Both the position numbers and the translations under genes were made by a program. Of a DNA stretch of 64,000 nucleotides, positions 58,414 through 64,000 are shown in pieces. Source of the DNA: Eledone cirrhosa (Eukaryota); assembly GCA_964016885.1 (NCBI GenBank), contig OZ024740.1:259098001-259162000 (forward strand), given 5' to 3'. Positions within the stretch are counted from its first letter, which is position 1; the number at the start of each line of letters is the position of its first letter. The notes under the pieces were generated by a model. It had not been told where the DNA came from. It ran no database searches and saw nothing but the letters and a program-made list of their open reading frames with translations.

Positions 58414-59055
58414 GGCTCAAATATTCAAATATTCAACTTTGTATTGTACACTGTATATCCAAAAAAAAAATGGCTATAAATGGAAGAAGAAGAAACCCCC
58501 CCCCCTCTCCTCTGGCTACACTATATAGGACAGCTAAACTCACCAACACCAGAAACTAGATACACCACCCACCCCATCATCTGTGTACACTAAACACAAC
58601 AGCATTTTCACCTTCACCGCCACCGCTCACTACGGCCATCATTACCACCACTATCCCATCACCGCCGCCACCACCCCTTGACTCCTTCACTGCTGCTGCC
58701 ACCGCTACAGCACCATCACTACAGTAATACGGCTCAAATATTCAAATATTCAACTTTGTATTGTACACTGTATATCCAAAAAAAAATAAAATGGCTATAA
58801 ATGGAAGAAGAAGAACCCCCCCCCCTCCTCTCCTCTGGCTACACTATATAGGACAGCGAAACTCACCAACACCAGAAACTAGATACACCACCCACCCCAT
58901 CATCTGTGTACACTAAACACAACAGCATTTTCACCTTCACCGCCACCGCTCACTACGGCCATCATTACCACCACTATCCCATCACCGCCGCCACCACCCC
59001 CTGACTCCTTCACTGCTGCTGCCACCGCTACAGCACCATCACTACAGTAATACGG
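58414..59055 (+). repeat. ~317-bp tandem duplication in the putative 5' UTR
   Basis: ggctcaaatattcaaatattc at 58414 and 58731; the two copies are nearly identical. Confidence 0.95.
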
Positions 59056-59624
59056 TCGCATCACCGCCACCACTGCCTCGGTATCGACATCACCACCACC
59101 ACTGTCTCAGTATCGCCAACGCCGCCAGTCTCTGCTGGCTACCACTTCCACATTATAGAATTCCTACTACTAACAAAGAGGAAGGCATCAAAATATATAG
59201 ATAGACTCAAAAGAAAAAAGAAAAAACAAACAACAAAAGCAGCACAGCAACAACAGTAAAAAACGAGAAAAACAGAGAAAAACAAAAACAAAAAAAGAAA
59301 CCCCAAAAACGTAAAGAAAATAAGAATGAAGAGAGAAGCAGGCGGACGGACAGAGAAGAGGAGGGAAAAAGTAAAACTTAAAAAACAAAAACTAAGTCAG
59401 ACATTCGAATACTACATTACAATTAAACTTATGCTTATTCATTTTTGGGGCCCTTTCTGCCCGTGTGTTTGTTTGTTTATGTGTGTCCGTATACAGCGTG
59501 GTGATAATGCCACACAAGGGCCAAGTGGGATGGCGGATCCACAGATGGCTATGTAAACATACATTCGCCAATCCTCGATAAGAGTGTTTAAATATCGAAC
59601 ATAAACAGTTCGAATAACGGTGAA

Positions 59625-62600
59625 ATGGAGACTAGAACGTCATGTGACAGACTCTCACCCAACAGGTGCCCCCTGGCTCAGCAGCAGGAACCTGACTGTC
59701 AACCAAATACTGCTGATGTTGGAGGAAGAAGAAGAAGGAAAGGGGCCAGAACCAACTGGACGAAAGAATTGAATAGAACTGTTATGCAATGCTACCTGAA
59801 AAGTAACCCCAAGGAGAGGGGCTACAGGAGACGGATGCATAACATCTGGAACGAGATTGGTTTATTTAAATTAGATGAACAAAAATTGGCCGGGCAGGCT
59901 CGGGTAATAAGAACTAATGGGTGGATAAGCGAGCTGGAACTGGAGGAACTGAGCAGAGAGAATGGCTTGGAGATGGCGGGTGTAGTATGCCAGACAAGCG
60001 AGCCGGCGGGAAATGAAGGTGAGGAGGTCCTGAGAACGGAGGAACCACCCGAAGCAGACAATGATCTGAATACTGAGATAAATAATACCTGGAACAGAGA
60101 TACGGCCACTGAGGAGATGAATGCTGACGGGCTAGGACAAGATTCGGTTGACATCCTAAATTTAGTGGTAGATGAGTTGAACAATGATAGTGGGAGACCT
60201 ATGAACCTAAGATTTGTAGACAGGAAAAAGTTAAAAGAAACAACAGCTAAGGTAAACAAAGTCATCCCATACCTTGAGGCGAGGAGTCTTCACCAGTGCA
60301 ACAATATCCTCAAAGCAACAGCAAATACGGTGAGGAAACTACTTGGTATAAAAGCGAGAGGAAACAACAGACAAGAAAGAGCAGAGCCGTGGTGGAAGAA
60401 GCGACTGAGTGGGCAAATCGGGGAAATGAGAAATGACATAGGAAAGCTTGAGTCACTACTGAATGGGACACTAAAAAACATAGGCACTAAAAATAGACTG
60501 GAAATAAAATACAAAACTAGGAGTAAAAAGCTAAATATTATCATAGAGGAATTGAAGCAACGCATTGTAGCAAAGAGTGCCAAAATCAGGCGATACGAGA
60601 ACAGAGTCAGTCAGTATAAACAGAACCGCATGTTCGACAACAACCAGAAGATGCTGTTTGGACAGCTTGAGGGGAAAGAAAGAGGCAACGACTTGATCCC
60701 TGGGGCGGAACAAGCTAAAACATTCTGGAGAGGAATATGGGAGCAGGATGTTAGACACAATGCCCAGGCAGGGTGGATTGAGACAGTACAGAGGGAGATC
60801 GGTGAGCAGGCACAGCAACAGACTGATTTGAGTATCACAGTTGAAACTCTTAAGGGGCAAGCCAAAAAACTAACCAACTGGAAATCACCAGGCCCAGATG
60901 GTGTGCAGGGGTATTGGATTAAACATTTAACATCCCTCCACCCGAAGCTGACGGCCATGTTCAATGACTGCTTGGTGTCGGGTGAGGTGCCAGAGTGGTT
61001 GACAAAAGGTACCACAGTTCTGATAATGAAAGACCGAATCAAGGGTAATGATGTTACCAACTATAGACCTATCACATGTCTGCCCGTAATGTGGAAACTG
61101 TTGACGAGCATTGTGTCTGAGGAAATCTACCATCACCTCCACACAAACAACTTGTTGCCGGACGAACAGAAAGGATGCCGAAAGAAGTCACGTGGTACAA
61201 AGGACCAGTTGCTTATTGATAAGATGGTAATGGGGAATTGCAGGAGGAGACACACTGATCTTGCCATGGGATGGATAGACTACAGAAAGGCATTTGACAT
61301 GGTGCCTCATTCCTGGATCACCAAAAGCCTGGAGATCTTCAGGGTGGCAGATAACATCAGACAGTTGCTGGGCAGGAGTATGGGGTCCTGGGAGACAGAG
61401 TTGACATCAACTGGAGTATCCTTGGGAAGCGTGAAGATCAAGAGAGGTATCTTCCAGGGAGATAGCCTGTCCCCTCTGTTGTTTGTCCTTGCCCTGATGC
61501 CCTTGACCATTATGCTGCGAAAAGTGAGAGCAGGATACAAGTTGGGAAGGGGAGAGCTTACCATCAATCACCTCCTCTTCATGGACGATCTTAAGCTCTT
61601 CGGGAAAAGTGAGAAGGAGTTGGATGTGCTTGTTGACACTGTCCGTATTTTCAGCAGTGATATATGTATGCAGTTTGGTATTGGTAAATGTGGTGTCATT
61701 GTGATGAGGAGGGGTAGGTTGAGCAGAAGTAACGAGATCCAGATACCAACAGGTGAGATGATAAAGGAAATTGACTCTGAGGAAGGATACAAGTATTTGG
61801 GCGTTCTGGAGGCTGATGGCATAAAGAACAAAAAAATGAAGGAATTGTTAAGAACTGAATACATTCGGAGAGTAAGGAGCGTATTGAAGTCACATCTGAA
61901 CAGCAGAAATGCCATAAGCGCAGTAAATTCCCGAGCTGTGTCTATTATTAGGTACAGTGCGGGAATTCTGAGATGGAATGTTGCTGAACAAAAAGAAATG
62001 GATAGGAAGACTAGGAAGCTATTGACTATCTACAACATGTTCCACAAGAGGAGTGATGTCGATAGACTCTACCTAAGGAGATCTGAGGGTGGAAGAGGTC
62101 TTATCAGCATAGAGGACTGTGTTCAGATGGAGAAAAACAACCTATACAAATACGTGACCTATAGTAAGGAGCCAATGCTCAGAGCTGTACTGAAGGAGGG
62201 GACAGTAGGCCAGGGGATACCCAAGGAGGAAATAACATCAAGGAGGAAGAGCAGCCTTAAGGGAAAATCCCTTCATAGTACCTTCTTTGAGAAAACTGAA
62301 TTTAGAGATCCACAGACATGGAACTGGTTGAGAAGAGGAGACCTCAAAAAGGCTACAGAAGGAATGCTAATGGCTGCGCAGGAGCAGGCCCTCAAAACGA
62401 AGTGGTTGAAGCACCATATCTACAAGGAGGAGGCTAGCCCACTGTGCAGGATCTGTGGAGAGAGAGAGGAGACTGTGGCTCACATTGTGTCCGAGTGTAA
62501 ACACCTAGCCCAGACCCACTATAAGGGCTGGAGACACGATGTGATGGGCAGGGTGATCCACTGGCACCTGTGCAAAGTAAACAATCTACCACATTCTGAG

Positions 62601-63017
62601 AAATGGTATGAGCATAGGCCAGAGGCGGTGATGGAGAACAGTCAGGTGAAGGTGCTGTGGGATTTTAGGATACAGACGGACAAAAAACTGGAACACAATA
62701 GACCTGACCTGGTGGTTGTGGACAAAGAAAAAAGATCGTGCCTGATTGTGGATGTGGCCTGCCCGTTCGACACGAGAGTGCAAGAGAAGGAGAGGGAGAA
62801 AATTAACCGATACCAGGACCTAAAGTGGGAGGTGAAAAGGATTTGGAACAGCCATGAAGTCAAAGTGATCCCGATTGTCATAGGCGCACTGGGGACTATC
62901 TCCAAAGGTTTCCAGGGATGGTTAAAGAAAATCGTCCCCTTCACGCTTTTTGGAACGCTTCAAAAGGCATGCTTGCTTGGAACGGCAAGAACCCTCCGAT
63001 ACGTCGTGAATATCTGA
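59625..63017 (+). CDS. Reverse transcriptase with CCHC zinc knuckle and restriction-like (PD..D) endonuclease, 1130 aa
   Basis: NWTKELN..VMQCY..RGYRRRMH.IW N-terminus; NWKSPGPDG, NYRPITCL, QKGCR..SRGTKDQL, WIDYRKAFD, RGIFQGDSLSPLLF, HLLFMDD, YKYLG; CRIC...ETVAHIVSEC; RHD; RPDLVV...IVDV.CP; K..RY.DL. Confidence 0.96.
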   Translation: METRTSCDRLSPNRCPLAQQQEPDCQPNTADVGGRRRRKGARTNWTKELNRTVMQCYLKSNPKERGYRRRMHNIWNEIGLFKLDEQKLAGQARVIRTNGWISELELEELSRENGLEMAGVVCQTSEPAGNEGEEVLRTEEPPEADNDLNTEINNTWNRDTATEEMNADGLGQDSVDILNLVVDELNNDSGRPMNLRFVDRKKLKETTAKVNKVIPYLEARSLHQCNNILKATANTVRKLLGIKARGNNRQERAEPWWKKRLSGQIGEMRNDIGKLESLLNGTLKNIGTKNRLEIKYKTRSKKLNIIIEELKQRIVAKSAKIRRYENRVSQYKQNRMFDNNQKMLFGQLEGKERGNDLIPGAEQAKTFWRGIWEQDVRHNAQAGWIETVQREIGEQAQQQTDLSITVETLKGQAKKLTNWKSPGPDGVQGYWIKHLTSLHPKLTAMFNDCLVSGEVPEWLTKGTTVLIMKDRIKGNDVTNYRPITCLPVMWKLLTSIVSEEIYHHLHTNNLLPDEQKGCRKKSRGTKDQLLIDKMVMGNCRRRHTDLAMGWIDYRKAFDMVPHSWITKSLEIFRVADNIRQLLGRSMGSWETELTSTGVSLGSVKIKRGIFQGDSLSPLLFVLALMPLTIMLRKVRAGYKLGRGELTINHLLFMDDLKLFGKSEKELDVLVDTVRIFSSDICMQFGIGKCGVIVMRRGRLSRSNEIQIPTGEMIKEIDSEEGYKYLGVLEADGIKNKKMKELLRTEYIRRVRSVLKSHLNSRNAISAVNSRAVSIIRYSAGILRWNVAEQKEMDRKTRKLLTIYNMFHKRSDVDRLYLRRSEGGRGLISIEDCVQMEKNNLYKYVTYSKEPMLRAVLKEGTVGQGIPKEEITSRRKSSLKGKSLHSTFFEKTEFRDPQTWNWLRRGDLKKATEGMLMAAQEQALKTKWLKHHIYKEEASPLCRICGEREETVAHIVSECKHLAQTHYKGWRHDVMGRVIHWHLCKVNNLPHSEKWYEHRPEAVMENSQVKVLWDFRIQTDKKLEHNRPDLVVVDKEKRSCLIVDVACPFDTRVQEKEREKINRYQDLKWEVKRIWNSHEVKVIPIVIGALGTISKGFQGWLKKIVPFTLFGTLQKACLLGTARTLRYVVNI

Positions 63018-63103
63018 GGCTGCAGGTAGTGGCTTGATATTCAATCCAACGGACTTTCCAGTTAACCAACATCAATGACTGAGATTCAAGGAATAACAAT
63101 AAC

Positions 63104-63132
<29 letters not shown>

Positions 63133-63137
<5 letters not shown>

Positions 63138-64000
63138 TCCCTCCACCTGAAACTGACAACCATGTTCAATGACTGCTTGACGTCAGGTGAGGTACCAGAG
63201 TGGTTGACAAAAGGTACCACAGTTCTGATAATGAAAGACCGAATCAAGGGTAATGATGTTACCAACTATAGACCTATCACATGTCTGTCCGTAATGTGGA
63301 AACTGTTGACGAGCATTGTGTCTGAGGAAATCTACCATCACCTCCACACAAATAACTTGTTACCGGACGAACAGAAAGGATGCCGAAAGAAGTCACGTGG
63401 TACAAAGGACCAGTTACTTATTGATAAGATGGTAATGGGGAATTGCAGGAGGAGACACACTGATCTTGCCATGGGATGGATAGAATACAGAAAGGCATTT
63501 GACATGGTGCCTCATTCTTGGATCACCAAAAGCCTGGAGATCTTCAAGGTGGCAAATAACATCAGACAGTTGTTGGGCAAGAGTATGAGGTCCTGGGAAA
63601 CAGAGTTGACATCAACTGGAGAATCCTTGGGAAGCGTGAAGATCAAGAGAGGTATCTTCCAGGGAGATAGCCTGTCCCCTCTGTTGTTTGTCCTTGCCCT
63701 GGTGCCCCTGACCAGTGTACTGCGAAAAGTGAGAGCAGGATACGGGTTGGGAAAGGGAGGGATTACCATCAATCACCTCCTCTTCATGGACGATCATAAG
63801 CTCTTCGGGAAGAGTGAGAAGGAGTTGGATGTGCTTGTTGACACTGTCCGTATTTTCAGCAGTGATATATGTATGCAGTTTGGTATTAGTAAGTGTGGAG
63901 TCATTGTGATGAGGAGGGGTAGGTTGAGCAGAAGTAACGGAATCCAGATACCAACAGGTGAGATGATAAAGGAAATTGACTCTGAGGAAGGATACAAGTA
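63133..64000 (+). pseudogene. 5'-truncated, diverged second R4/Dong copy (runs off the window)
   Basis: Matches the first copy from ~60929 onward; catalytic WIDY>WIEY, plus FMDDL>FMDDH. Confidence 0.93.

Larger units (their letters stand above)
58248..63135 (+). mobile_element. R4/Dong-clade non-LTR retrotransposon, apparently full-length, in (TAA)n
   Basis: (TAA)n upstream and (AAT)n tail at 63092-63135; single intact ORF. The 5' boundary is inferred from the microsatellite. Confidence 0.85.

Overview
AT-rich, microsatellite-saturated animal genomic DNA. It is most likely an octopod cephalopod, judging from the tRNA-SINE family and the (TA)n/(CA)n load; this is an inference. No host protein-coding exon could be supported. 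The window is almost entirely mobile DNA: a decayed Penelope-like element (RT + GIY-YIG, ~110-2760), a decayed RTE-clade LINE (minus, ~34940-38330), an apparently intact R4/Dong-clade RT-REL element (ORF 59625-63017) between (TAA)n tracts followed by a truncated second copy, Helitron remnants and about 10 SINE copies. Two features stand out. (1) At least 12 sequence-distinct small non-coding elements are inserted in (TA)n tracts and carry type-I hammerhead ribozyme folds, with compensatory stem changes and a U3-A8 core variant. Many are fold-back palindromes or 1.x-mer circular permutations (retrozyme / non-autonomous Penelope-like). (2) A 13.8-kb array of 22 near-identical 618-bp units begins exactly at the end of one hammerhead fold-back element and ends in a (TA)n tract, as expected of a rolling-circle reverse-transcription product. 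All folds and alignments were done by eye; coordinates of degenerate elements are approximate.
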